A stretch of 40,274 nt of DNA from Thalia democratica (taxonomy: Eukaryota), in contig OZ241826.1 of the NCBI GenBank assembly GCA_965202585.1, positions 100,812,001 through 100,852,274 on the forward strand, given 5' to 3'. This document shows, piece after piece, positions 1-13,150 of the stretch. Under the pieces are notes generated by a model. That model searched no databases, was not told the DNA's origin, and was given only the letters and a program-made list of their open reading frames with translations. Both the position numbers and the translations under genes were made by a program. Each line of letters starts with the position of its first letter. Position 1 is the first letter of the stretch.

Positions 1-843
1 TAAACATTAAAATAATGTTTACTTATTTTTAGAATCTAAAAACAATAACAAAAATATTTTTTAAAAATTAATCAAGATCGCCATCTGGCGACGAAATATA
101 TTTTTTTTTTTCGTAGTAACATTGTAATCATTTTTACTTTTATTTAGTTTGTTTAATAAAACTATGTAAATTTTCAAAGTAAGTACCAAAATGACAATCA
201 AAACTTGTTTTTTCACTATTTTCTTCTAAAGTACAACTATTTATTTAAAATTACAAAAATCAATTTTGATTAATGTTTAACTGCTATGTTTAATTGTAAA
301 ATTTAAAGCGTTCATTTGTAAGTTTAGATATTAAAACTTGTAATTTTTTTAATGGTAACAAATGTAAGTTTAGTGTTACGTTAAAATGATCATATAAACT
401 ATACATAAAATTTAATTTTACACTATAATTTTTATCTTTTTGTTTTTGTTTATAAATTATGCTTATTAGGTCTTTATGATTTGGAATAAAAATTAACTTG
501 AAAATAAGTATAGTTTTATAAAACCAATTAATTCTAAAAAAATAATTTTAAATATTTGTGAACCGTCGTATTTAAATTTACATTTAACACCAAACTGAAA
601 TTAACTTAAGGCTGATTTAGTGCATTTATAATAAGTTTTAACAGTCAGTTCAAAAGATCTTTGAGTTAATCAAAGTTTTCAAAAAACAAACATTGAAGTT
701 ATGTTTTAAATATTTTTTTAAAACATTAGAAGTATTAATACAAAGTTTAAACGTAAAGGATTTTGTAATCTTTATCACAATCTTAATAAAAATATCCAGA
801 CGATAAGCATCGCAATCTAATTTAAAACATTCTGGCGGCCGGT

Positions 844-889
844 ATGGCGACCAAATTTGCAGTTCACTTCAACCTGGCGTTACAAACTG
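844..889 (+). CDS. Candidate first coding exon (MATKFAVHFNLALQT, ends phase 1)
   Basis: ATG at 844, 15 codons plus 1 nt, then G|GTAATT donor at 890. Locally GC-elevated. Possible acceptor ccag at ~799 with all three frames closed before the ATG. Confidence 0.4.
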
Positions 890-3800
890 GTAATTTTTAC
901 TTTAAATTAACTTTTGAAGTCATGAATGTCTAGCCACTTCTTATCAGACAACCTTAAACATAGTTTTTGAAAAATTTTAATATAAAATTTAACTTTAACG
1001 TAAGCCGTTAGTAGAACTGGCTGACACCAAATATAAGTAATTACCAACTGCAGGTGTCTTTGACAGTGCAAATATTGAAAAAGTAATAGTTGCATATACT
1101 TATTTATACCTTCTTATAAATCTTACATATACTTTTTTGTTTTGTAATTAGAGTTTGCAAACCATTTAGAAGATTATTAAAATAATAGTATCTATTCCGT
1201 CTTATTCTTAGTTACTAAAACTAAAAATAATGTTTAGTTTCTTGAACTTTTTAAAGATACTATATGTAATTTTTTCAATCAAAGTTTTGCTTTTAGTCAA
1301 AAAAAAACAAATAGTTGTAACTTTAAGTTAAATATTGTTTATTTACTGACTAAATATTGAACTATGTGGTTTTTTTTGTTTAATTGTAAAAAATACTTCA
1401 TCCTGTTTTATTGGGCAACTGTATAAAACCAATTATTTTTAGTCAATAAGGTTGTCAAAGATCATTTCTAGTGTGAAGTAATTTTGCTAAAGTTCACAAA
1501 AGTACAATAAAAAAAATTAAAATCGATAAATTTTGATCAAACTGTCATGGTTATTTTATTCATGAGCTATTTTTAAAAATATTACTTCAGAAAATACATT
1601 TTGTAAAACAAGAACATTTTTTATCTAACACAAATGTGTTAAGTTTTTATCATTGCAATTTAGGACTAATTTTTTGTTTTTAAAAACAAACAAAAAATAT
1701 ATCAAAAATAGTAGTATAATAAGTATATATTATTTTTATCGTTTTTTATTGATAAAGCTATTAAATTTAATTATTTTTGAGACTATTATTTTAATATAAA
1801 CTTTTCATAAACTAAATTTTCAAACCAAAGTTTAATACATTTTCTAGAATTTTGTCATAAGTTTGTTATAGAACAAAGTAATTAAAACAATTAAAAATTA
1901 AAGTGAATGAAAATTTAATTATTTTAAGTTAAATAAAAGTTTTTACATATATTAGTTTTATTTTTAATATTTTATTTTATTTATTTGAATTTTATTAGCA
2001 ATATAGAAAAATAATATATTAAAATATTAATTTTGGTAAAATAAAGGACAATTTTTTTCGACAGTATGTATTAATCATAAATCGTGATTCTTATTGGTAT
2101 AGAAAAAAAAAGGTTTATAAAAATTAGCATCATCATATAAGAATCTATAAAATTCGTTTTCTTCACATAGAGTATGTAGCAAAAAATAATATCTAGTTTT
2201 TAAATTGTTTAAAACTCTTAACACAAAACTTTAATTTTATTATGGTTATTGCATGATACTTCTGTTGCTGTTGTAATTTTATTTTATCAAAATAGGGTGA
2301 ATAAATAAATTTAAATAGATATTGTAAGTAGTTTAAACTCTTAACGGCACATTTAAGCTACTTTTGTAGTTTAAGTTTTAATATATTTAAACTAAAAAAA
2401 ACTTACAAAAAACGTTTACGTTGTTAACATTAACACAATTATGCTAAGGAGTTTATCATTATAATCTTATAGCTTTTATTTGTGATTTATAGAACTATGT
2501 TTTTTAATTTTATATAGTTTTTGTTTACTTGTTTATACATTTTGCTTATGAGATCTTTACAATTTTAAATTTAGTTAAGTATAGGTAAGTATAGTTACAC
2601 AAAAAATACTTGAAAATTTATTAAACTTAAAAACTAAACATATTTAAGCAAATCTCATATATGTAGTTTGAAAAAAAAACTTATAGCTAAGTAGTACATA
2701 CAAAAAAAGTTTAAAAGATTAAACCACAAGAAGTTTTGTGTTATACAATTAGTGCACAAAAATATAGTCCCACATATAGTTAAATTTTATTTGAAATATT
2801 TTTTCAACGTTTAAGGAACATATATAAAAGTTTTAAACACTATGGTATTTTTTTTAAGTCTTTAATATTAATTTTAGATTTATTACAACATATGACAACT
2901 ATAGTTTCGAGACTGTAACGCATCACTAGTTCGCTGTTTGAAGCAATTAATCATTGTCATTCTGACGTAGTTTTTCTCTTTCTCACTTGCCAATGAAACA
3001 TTTTCCCGGTGTTTTCAAAAGATTTATTTTATATAATTTTCACTTATATTTACGCCTTAAAAAGACAGTTGTGTTACTAGTTCTTAGTATATATATAATA
3101 CAGTAAACAATTGTTTTAAGTCAATTAAAACAAAAATGTTAGATTAATTTTTTTCTTAAACGGTGTAGAAATAGAATATACTCCATTTTAAAAATCAAAA
3201 GAATAATTATTCTACATATGTTTTATGAAAATCTATACGGTTATTCAAAGATAAAATCTTTTCACATTAGTTAATTATTGTTAATTAAACATTTTTAAAC
3301 TACTAACATTAAAGTTACATACCAGCTTTTTTGTATAACTGTTAGTTAGTGTAGATTATAATATGCATATTTTTAAGTAAAGTATAAAATTTAGTTAATT
3401 TTAACTTAATTTAATTTTTTCTTAACAAAAAGTTGAGCTCATAAAAGAAATTAAAATATTGTTTAGTTATTATTTCAATTAATTGTAATTAAAAATACCT
3501 TTAATACAAACTATGATTGTATTGCACTATTTTGTAATCAAAATTTAAAACATTGTTAACTTAAAGAAAGCTGTTAAAATTAATAAAATAGTCTAGAACA
3601 CTTAAAATAATCTTTTTGTTAAAAACCTTTAAACTTTATATGCTTTTAAACATTAGACTACATTTTTTTTGTAACTTTGTACACAATTTCTTTGATAGAT
3701 ATAAATGTTTGTTAAGTAAATTAAAAAATTAAACAGTTTAATTGTGTTGATTAAAATAAATTAAAACCAAAGTTACATTTTTTTTAGCTTGTACAAAAAA

Positions 3801-3964
3801 GTTCACTTTTAAAAGTTTAAAACTTTTAAAATTAATTTAAAATTTTGAAACTTTATTATAGTTATTTGAATTTTTAAGGAATAATATTAAAGTTTTATAT
3901 TTATGAAAAGTTTTGTTACTACTTAAATTATTACTGAACCATTAAAATTACTAAACCGTAACGT

Positions 3965-4105
3965 TTAGACAAGCAAAAAGAGAAAAAAAGAAAAGAAAAG
4001 AGGTTATCAGTATTTCAAAGTGCAAGTCATACGAGTAAATCTCATTTCGAAGCACAGCTAATTTTTTTAGCTCGAGGGTGAAAAAAAACGTTCAACATAA
4101 ATTCT
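3965..4105 (+). other. Candidate non-coding 5' exon (purine-rich leader)
   Basis: AG-rich tract (aaaaagagaaaaaaagaaaagaaaagagg) followed by a GTAAGT donor at 4106, with no ATG ORF. Start coordinate approximate. Confidence 0.3.
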
Positions 4106-4617
4106 GTAAGTCACTTTATTTTGCTTTGTATAAAGTAAATCGAATAGTAATTAACTTTTTTAAACAAGTTAATATTGTCTAACAAATTATTTTCTAAGTG
4201 ATTTGTTAAAATTATATTTTCAATATTTATTTTTTTAAAGTCATTTGATAAAACAATTTTTTTGTTGTATTTTATTTATATATACATATATCTAATTATT
4301 TTGAATATAAACTATTAACTTATTATATAATTAATATTTAATAGAAAGTAGGAGTGTTAGTTAGTAGTTAAAATGTAATAACATGTTTTTTTATTTAGTT
4401 ATAGTTAACTAAACCTCAGCATGTTTAAGTTTAATACCAAATAGTTGTCGCATAATAAAACAATTTACAATGTTGTTTCTGTTTAAGATATATATGTTGA
4501 AATATAAAGTTAAAACAAGGTTCAGTGTGCTAAAATTATTCATTAACAGACCATTTAACCTTCAACTTTTGAACATGGAAACTTTTTCAACATTTTTTGA
4601 AGACAAGAATTTTTCAG

Positions 4618-4634
4618 CCGGATGACTGCCAACG
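4618..4634 (+). CDS. Candidate 17-nt ATG micro-exon (MTAN, ends phase 1)
   Basis: tttttcag|CCGG ATG ACT GCC AAC G|gtaatt: pyrimidine-rich acceptor and donor flank the ATG at 4622. Confidence 0.4.
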
Positions 4635-4739
4635 GTAATTTTAACAACATTGTTTTAATTAGTTTGCTCTTTTATCACTTATGATATTGTAAATATATAG
4701 GGTAAATAACTTCGACCAAGAAACTATTTGTAAAAAAAT

Positions 4740-4895
4740 TGAAATTAACTATGTAATGTATCAGCTTTGATTTTTTTTTTTACAGCAGCACAGCTTAGTT
4801 TAAACTATGCTGTATAGTTTATTTAATTGCTTTGTGTTTGATTAATTTGACTATAGATGTTAGTCGTTTATAACGCAAATGATATAGTTATAACA
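4740..4895. repeat. Dispersed ~150 bp repeat, copy 1
   Basis: Shares tcagctttg...agcacagcttagtttaaa(c/t)tatg...ttgac(t/a)atagat...atatagtta with 8325-8470. Confidence 0.65.
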
Positions 4896-6112
4896 TATAT
4901 TTAAGAAAAATGTACATCTATGTATAAAAATAAATGTTTTTACAGTTTTAAGCTTTATTTAATTAAGCATTTTTATAAAAAAGTAGTGTCGTACATTTCC
5001 CATTAAATTTTTTTACATTAAAAATTTTAATGGGAAAAGTAATAAAATATGTTTTAAAGTGTTAAAATATGTAAAAATATCAAAATAAGATATAATTTGA
5101 ACACTTTAAGTTATAAAAAACCATGTGCACAAACCGACTGATAATTTTTTACATCAATTTTATACGCAATTTTATTTTTTAGATACTTATTTTTCTAACT
5201 TTTTTTTTGTGATAAATATAAAGACATATTGTTTGCAAAAATCAAAATCTTCTCAACAACTTTACAAAATAAAAACAAATTTAGTGACTTTTATCACTTG
5301 ATACCATTTATAAAACAGTTAACAAAAAATTAATGGAAAACGCTGTATAGGTCCTAAATACTGTTTTTTTTATTTTTTATTTCTTTTTTGTTTGGTTTAA
5401 GCTTAAGGCAAGTCGTATTGAAATATTTATAAGTGTGTTTGAAAAACAAAAAAATAAGTTTTTCACTTCCGAGATTTTTTTAAAAGTTATATAAACTTTC
5501 AAGGCTATACTTATTTTAGAGTTCTTATAAAAATTAAAATAAACAAATAAAAAAATAAACTTTAAGTAATTTTGAAATTGTGCTACTTATTGTCAAGTGT
5601 GTTGAAACTTTTAATTAAAATTTAGTATAATTTCATTATAATTTTTAACTTAGTAAGTAAAAGTTTAGTAACTACTGCTTAAATTAATAACTTTGCTAAA
5701 AGTAAAATTTAATAGAAATATATAATTTAACAAGTAGATTATTATATCAACTTAACTTAATGAATAAGATAAGAGTAACTGGTTGTACAAATTTGAAAAC
5801 AACAGGAAAAAGTTTTATAAAAATTTGCTCACGATCACCATCTAAAGTAGATTTTTTTTTGTAATAATATCAAAACAGTTTCAACATTTTCGTAGTTTGT
5901 TAAGTACAACTATGCAAGTATGCTTAATTATTTTTAATTTAAAGTTTATTATACCACAATGATGTTTTTAATCTAACTATACTTTAAAAGTTTAAACATG
6001 AAAGCGTTGAAAATAAAATAAAGATGTAAAAAAATCATAAAATCCAAAAATATATTACGTGTTGTAGTCTTTTTGCAACATATTCTATTTAGATTAAACA
6101 TAATTGAAGTAG

Positions 6113-6606
6113 TAATACTTTTAATATTTTTAACTATTCAAACTATTTTTTTTACCTTAAACGTAATTCATACTTAAAATTTTTTAAAACAACAAAAGAA
6201 ATAAAACAAGTAGTAGTTTATTAAAATTCATTAGCTATTTTATTTTAAAACTCATTTTTAATTGTTTCGGACTTCATTGTTTAAGTGATGTTGTTTTTAA
6301 ATACTGTCTTGAAAAAAATATTTCTTTTTATTTAGTATATTTTTCGTCTAAATAAACATAATACATTTAATATTTTTAAACTATTCAAACTATTTTTTTT
6401 ACCTTAAACGTAATTCATACTTAAAATTTTTAAAAACAACAAAAGAAATAAAAAAAAGTAGTAGTTTATTAAAATTCATTAGCTATTTTATTTTAAAACT
6501 CATTTTTAATTGTTTTGGACTTCATTGTTTATGTGATGTTGTTTTTAAAAACTGTCTTGAAAAAAATATTTCTTTTTATTTAGTATATTTTTTGTCTAAA
6601 TAAACA
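6113..6606 (+). repeat. Tandem duplication, 2 x ~246 bp
   Basis: 6113-6358 and 6359-6606 are near-identical (taatac...aactattcaaac...ggacttcattgttt...gtctaaataaaca) with few substitutions. Confidence 0.95.
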
Positions 6607-7501
6607 CTGTTAAACTTAATGGTACTTTAAAGTTGACTTATAACTTTAAATTAAAATTTTCTAAAAAGCCTTAAGTATTATTAACTTGTTTCAGTTATTT
6701 TAATATTTATACAATTTTGGTATACTGTTAAAAATTAGTTGGTAAGCACTTTAAACTTTACATGGCTTAATGTTTCACGTAGGGGTTAATTGGTTTTCTG
6801 TACTTTTTTATTATTTAAGCTTATTTTTAGTCTTTTTAAAAGACCAAATATGACCTTCATGTGACTTTTTTAATCTTCTTTAAATGCATAGAGTTTGTTT
6901 GTTTTGATTGTTACATGTATAAAACTTTAAAGAAAAAACTTAAAAGTAAAATTTTAAAGGTCACAAACAATTTACATAATGTTTATTCAACAAGTAAAAA
7001 AAAAGCGTTCAAATTGTTTGTTCTTAGATCGTAGGGGTTTATTTCAGAAAACTTAAAAAGATTGATGGTGGTAAAAGTTAGAAAACTAATTTTTGTGTAA
7101 AGTGTAATTTTTATGTTATTTATGTATTTTTTTAATTTAATATTTCACTGAGCAAAAATAAAATTATGCTAGTCAAATATTTTTTTTTAGCGGCAACAGA
7201 TAAACCCTATTGCTTTTTTACAATAAATGCATCTCAATAAAGTAAGACATTAAAGAAAAAATTACCACCTTTATCAAAGTTTACTTAAATGCATTCAAAT
7301 TTTATATATTCTAAAAGTTAAATTAGTTGGTTATTTTTGTGCAAAAAAAAAATAACGTTCATCACAACATTATTTAAATTTTTAATAAAAAAAATATTAA
7401 ATAAAAATTAGAACACTTTTTCTTCTTATCATTTGCTACTTTTAAAAATCAAAAAATATTATAATAACTAAAATCAAGTCAATTAATTACAATATGCAAA
7501 G

Positions 7502-7565
7502 ATGTATGAAACAATACATAAGAAAAAATTCATTGTCATGAGCATTATGACGTTATTTCTTATCG
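7502..7565 (+). CDS. Candidate first coding exon (MYETIHKKKFIVMSIMTLFLI, ends phase 1), signal-anchor-like
   Basis: ATG at 7502 with an in-frame stop upstream, 21 codons plus 1 nt, consensus G|GTAAGT donor at 7566. Basic KKK is followed by a hydrophobic stretch. Confidence 0.5.
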
Positions 7566-8324
7566 GTAAGTATACGATTTTTTGAGATATGTTCACATAC
7601 TTCTGGCATTGTAGAATACTTTTTTTTTATTGTATTATTATTTGAAAATGATAACTATGTACTACTTTTAATAAACTTTCAAAATGTTTTAATTTTAAAA
7701 ATGTTTTTTTTAAGCTGAAATTAAAACGACTGGCAAAAAATAAATAAAAAGAAAGAATATTGGTATTTTAATACAGTCCTACTAAAGTAAAATAAGTTTT
7801 TTGTACAGTCAGTAGTCAGCAAAATTGGTAAAACTTTTTTTTTAAACTGCATAAACTACACACATTGAAGTCTTAAAATATTTCAAAGTTTTAATATTTA
7901 CATCAAAAGTTATTTCTTTCACAAGTTTTGTTTAACAATGCAATATACAACAGAATTTCAAATAACATCACGATAGATATCATCTTAACGAATTTTTTTT
8001 CAATTTTTTATAAGCTATTAAAGAGAATATTTTTTAGTAAAATTAGTTTTGTAAAACATAAATAATTTAAAGAAAAAACTACATCTAACTTGATAACGGT
8101 AAGGTTCTTCGTTAGCAACGTCCAAGAACTAAATATTTTAAGCTTTTTTTTTCGTTTAATTAATTATTTTGAAGAAAAGATTTTAATATTTTACAATTAA
8201 GAAAAAACTTGAACATACGTATAAAAGATTTAGAATATTTTAATTGATAATTAATTTTATTATTTATGACATTTCTAGATGAATTGGTACATTACTTTAT
8301 TTAAGTAACTGTTTGTTATTAATT

Positions 8325-8470
8325 GAAATTATTAAATATTGATCAGCTTTGCTCTATAGTGTCAGAAGCACAGCTTAGTTTAAATTATGTTTTAATATGT
8401 TAATTGATTTTATGTGATTAGCTTGACAATAGATTTAATATTAAAGATATAAGTTGAATATAGTTAAAAT
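8325..8470. repeat. Dispersed ~150 bp repeat, copy 2
   Basis: Homologous to 4740-4895 in the same orientation. Confidence 0.65.
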
Positions 8471-8834
8471 CTAAAATATTGAAAATAAGAAATTTTGTAG
8501 TTTCTGGATTTTTATCTATTTCTGAAATATTAACTAAATTAAGTATTCTCCTAAAGTTAACTTATTCATAAATTATTTAATATAGTTTTTTTACAATAAA
8601 GTAACTAAAATTAATCATATTAAAACATTAAGTTTAAGGATATTTTAGCACAAGTTGTTTACACATATTAGTTTAAGTTTTAGTAGTTTATTTTTTGTTA
8701 GTTTAGAGTTGATTACCAATATTCAAAAAATAAGCATTTAAAAAAAAATTCGACTGAAAAACTTTTTAAAGGTATATACAAGCCATTAACCATGACCGTT
8801 CACGAAAGAGTGAAAAAAGTTTCAACATTTGCAG

Positions 8835-8874
8835 TATCATATAGATGTTCTTAAAAAACGTTTGCATCAGACAA
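8835..8874 (+). other. Candidate 40-nt exon
   Basis: catttgcag acceptor and A|GTAAGT donor. Reads YHIDVLKKRLHQT, or MFLKNVCIRQ from an internal ATG. Confidence 0.3.
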
Positions 8875-9613
8875 GTAAGTATATAAAATTATTATTAAAC
8901 TTTTATTTTATGAGAATTACTTAAAAACTTTAAAAAGAGGTTATATTTTTTATTCTATTTTTTAACGCCTTGTATTTTTGTTTTGATTTTCTAATTTCTC
9001 TTTTTTTTCTAGTTTTTAAAAGCATACTAATCTATATTTATTAAAGATCGTTCAACAACAAACTTATATACATTTTTAAATATACTTAAGAATGTTAGTT
9101 TCACATTAAAATATCTTATATATTGAAGATTTTAGTATCTAAAGAAACTTTCTAACAAAAAATTCTGAACTAATTTAATTAACAACATCAACTTAAACGC
9201 AATATAAACAATTCAAATAAGATATGATTTTTTTATTCTTTTTTAAGACACTTTTCAATTTTGCAATAACAGTAATACAAGTTTTATAAATAATGCATAA
9301 CAGTCTTCACTATATAAAGTCTAGTTAAAAGTCTAAAACGTTGAATATAAATTACAATTAAAATAGTGTTTTTTTTTACTTAAGATAAGTTTTTTTAGTT
9401 TTATTATTTTGTTAACAAAAAAATAAAATCAAGTATAACTAAAAACACAAATCTCTAACATATACTATTGTTAACCATATTTAAACATAAAATAAGATAC
9501 AACACAATTATTTAACATGCTCTCTAGCTTTTTTTTAAGAATTTTTTTTTCTATTTTTGATTACTTCACTCTTAAGCTTCTCTGGTACAACAAAATATTT
9601 TAACCTAACCAAG

Positions 9614-10023
9614 GAAAACATACTTTGAATACATGCAATTTACTTTATTTTCAATAATAATTCTTAGTTTTGAAGAAAGAAATTATTAAATCACGACACA
9701 AATATAATCTATAAAGAGTATTTACAATCGTAAAGTTATATAAATACTAACATTAACTACGCGATGTAGACGTTTTCTTGATTCTCGAAACTAGAAAAAA
9801 ACGTTGAATTTAATCGTAACTTGAAACACAGTATAACTAATTCACCTACTAATCGACTAACGCGTATTTGAAAGACAAACGCAAATATATACGCATTGAA
9901 TTGAAATTAAATCCTTAAAATAAAATAATGTTTGTTATTAATACTAGAAGCACGTCACGAAAACTGCGTAAAACAGTTCACAACTACTCCTTTAAATGAA
10001 TTTTTCGCGTGAATACTGCGACA
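9614..10023 (-). mobile_element. LTR-like repeat copy (solo or orphan LTR)
   Basis: Collinear homology with 23914-24326 and 20283-20420. On the - strand it begins TGTCGCAGTATTCACGCG and has AATAAA near its 3' end. Confidence 0.7.
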
Positions 10024-10099
10024 CACCCATGTTTCAGTTTAAATGTGCATATGTACTAAGTTTAGTTTAAAACGCAATCATTTAAATTTTTTTACTTTT

Positions 10100-12790
10100 C
10101 ACTTATGATCCGTAACAACCACAAAACTTTGCAACCCTTGTGGTTATACTTTGTCTGCTCTAAAGACCCTGCAATGTTGAGCGACTCTTCTGCAATTGCA
10201 TCATTATTTTTTTTATGCTCCATAAAAACCTTGGAGTTGCAAGTGTCACATTCTAACCAGTGGTGCAGCAGTCTGTAAACCAGCTACCGCAATTGCAGTG
10301 TTTTGTATATTGACAGCAGCCCAAGCCTTGCTTTGACCAGTCAGGTCTTAGATATGATTAATCTTGTACACCGTTTCGTTTTGAATCTATGATCATCCTT
10401 ATGATTCAATAAATGCTTGATTTAAATATTCTCATCACATGAGTTTATGTTTTAGACTGAAGAATCTCTAAAAGGTGACATAATTTTATGGAGTTTAGCA
10501 TAGTTTAAAACTAGATTTATTAGCCTAAACTAGCTCCGTATATTTGTGGCAGAATTTAAAATTAGGAATTTTCTAATGGAGTCAAAGTATTTCGACAATC
10601 GATCTATGCTCTAAGAACTTAAACTTCTTTGGATCAAGAATTATACCCGTTTTTCAGAACTTTTTGTACGAAATATACTGTCTCCACCCATGACACTCTA
10701 ACTCAGAAATCATAAAACGTAGTGTCACCTACACATCTTTTTTTTCTTTTCTTAAAAATCTTATAAAATAGCTACAAAACGACGATTTCAACCATCACCT
10801 ACCAATACAAAACCCTGTTGGACTCTAGTAGAACCTACTAAACGCAGTGACAAATGTTGTTAAAAGCTTATCATATTCTCTCACGGTAACTCCTTGATAC
10901 CCCTTCCACGCGTCTGTTAGTCTTTAACGTTTCTTATGGAAGTCTGACGCACATGTCTCCCTCTTGCAATACTTGTTAAGAGGTTAGAGATCTATAGTTC
11001 TTTTAGGTGACGCATATTGTTTCCTGACGATACCAGGTTATAAGTTCACTAAATAGGAGACGTTCTGAGACTTCTTATCCTTGTTAAGTTCCGCTTAATC
11101 TGCTTTTGCCAACGAATTTGTACGTGTGCCTGAGTATGAAAGGCAGGAGGTTCAGCAACGTCTTCTAAATAGATTTTAAAAAGGGGCCTACTTTTTTGTT
11201 TGAGCGGTTTATATGGACATACATAAAATGTAGAAGCTGCAGAAATTTTAATAGCCACTTACGCATCTTATTAATATTTGCAGTTATATCCTTGAATGGA
11301 AGCCTGCTTAGTTTGTCTAGAAATTCCTTTCTTGTTTGAAAGTTGCAGGTTACATCATGTGGGTTGAGCTTATTTTAATCTTTTTTTTTTCAAAATTGCA
11401 ACAAATTTAAGATGCTTATGAGACAGCTGAAAACCAATAATGGAAAAATATCTGTTAGAAATTAGGGGGCAAACCATTATTTTACACAAAAGATAAAATC
11501 CAGTTACTGAGTTACTAACATAAATAATACCATTGCACCTGACTAAATCATTCTTTAGAGATGTTCCACTAAAGTTGGTTTTAAAACACATAAAATTCTA
11601 ACTGGAATTTTAAGTAGCAGCCCGAGTTATGGTTGAAACAAGAAGCAAATAACTTATAACAAAACCAGAATCTTGAAAGATTGGACTGAGCATAAATATT
11701 AGCTAAGGCACTTATTTTAAAAAGTTATTTGTGCAGTATTTAGTAATTTTTATTGATGCACGTGTATGGTCTAAGGACTTGACATTACACAATATTTCAC
11801 AGTCAAGCATAATGTTGCTTTGGTAATTAACTTATTAGCGTGTAATAAAATTGTCCGGGTATCCTGTTGCATAAAAAAGAAACTATCATTTTTGGTTTTA
11901 ACAAAATTAATCTTCTATGACTGGTGCGCCAACAAGATAAACAATAACTAAAATGTTTTAAATTACGAGTTCCTTTATTTTTTCGAATAAATAGAATAAA
12001 TTTTTATAGCGTTGGCTAAGGAGTTGTCAACTTATCTCCTACAATAAATTTCTTTTTCTGACTTCGGAAACAAGAGATCGCTAATACAGCTTTTAATTGT
12101 ATTTCTGTCAATTTCTTTGCTTTCAATAACTAAAATTATTCGGAACGATTATATAGAAAATATATCTTCAGTTGTATGAACTTCTCTTTTTATGTTATTA
12201 CAATTGCAAGCATAATGCCATTTGTTGCCACTTCCATTTAACTTGTCACATTCTTTTTTACACATCCTAACTAACTGACTGATGTGAAGTTACAAGTTTC
12301 CGCTTTGCAGCGAACACGGGTTGCAAACAGTCTGCATAGTTTAGCATGGTCTTAATGCAAGCACTTCATTTTTGAACTTTTGACCCGAATTGCATCTTTT
12401 GTGACTGCTATTGACTCAATTAATTTAGAATAATGTTCTTCTGACATAGCCGTCAGCCTAGGATCATTTGCCATTATAAGTTTGCAAAGTTTGTCATGCG
12501 CGCATTGAAACATTGTATGCTTGTATTCTGGATGCTTATGTTTGACAGAGTTTCGAACCTCCCTTACCAGCGGACGATGTAGGCCATGCCTCATTGGTGA
12601 ACCTTAGTCGACTGTAGACCGAATCAATTTAGGTCCATTCTGTAATATTACAGCTTTTATGATCCATAGTCCTTTCATGTCCCGTTTTGGTCAAGAAGCC
12701 CAGAAACTAAATCACATGGTTAATCTAGCGTTTAATAGCAGCATCAATGAATTTAGAACTTTATTACAACCATTTTACTTTGATAAGATT
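10100..12790 (-). mobile_element. Degenerate Ty3/gypsy LTR retrotransposon internal region (gag remnants, protease, RT, RNase H; integrase absent)
   Basis: Hand translation across frameshifts gives protease ALANIYAQS (ADTGAQS-like, ~11685-11705), RT TDAWKGY (~10900-10918), LLTTFVTAF, RVQQGFVLVGDG, RCVGDT (xxDD site, ~10725), GIILDPKKF (~10635), TNIRS*FRLIN, and RNase H PDWSKQGLG (~10340), EESLNIAGSLEQTKY and VVTDHK (~10105). The order matches gypsy pol. Many stops and frameshifts. The upper (5') boundary is approximate. Confidence 0.92.
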
Positions 12791-13071
12791 AACTAAAGAA
12801 AATGTCCGTGTTTAAATATTTAATTAACAATTAAAAATCTGAAATAAAAACAGGTATAAATATAAAGACATATCTAATTTAAACATTGGTCTATAATAAA
12901 ATGAGCTAAAGTTAAACTACTCTACAATGACACAATAGTATGTCAATACGTTATTTCAGCTATCTTTAAATTTATTATACTCCAGATAATTTATTTTTGT
13001 AATAAAGTATTATATAAATTTAAAATTATCTTTACATAAAAGAGGTTCTTAACACATGTTTTTTATCACAG

Positions 13072-13150
13072 AAGACATAAAGTAGTACAAAATGTTGGTT
13101 TTCTCAATTTTTCAAATAAAAAGGAATTATTTAACAAATTTACAACACAG
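13072..13150 (+). other. Candidate 79-nt exon
   Basis: ttttttatcacag acceptor and CAG|GTAAAT donor. One fully open frame (RHKVVQNVGFLNFSNKKELFNKFTTQ), or internal ATG MLVFSIFQIKRNYLTNLQH. Confidence 0.4.

Noticed and set aside
907-1095. 62-aa - strand ORF and other short AT-rich ORF-track calls (14866, 14997, 16048, 17457, 27882, 30952, 35424, 37505, 38170)
   Set aside because: Biased F/L/K/I composition typical of random AT-rich frames, no splice-supported context and no motifs. The 38170 ORF overlaps the hAT MITE end.
11838-11872. QQDTRTILLHA resembling the EEADTR..LHA motif of XPG-type (Academ) transposon proteins
   Set aside because: It lies within the collinear gypsy gag-protease region, the other XPG motifs are absent, and domain order does not fit.
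12200-12360. Cys-rich stretch resembling a piggyBac C-terminal domain or CXC domain
   Set aside because: Its position upstream of the protease in a gypsy relic is better explained by degenerate gag zinc knuckles.
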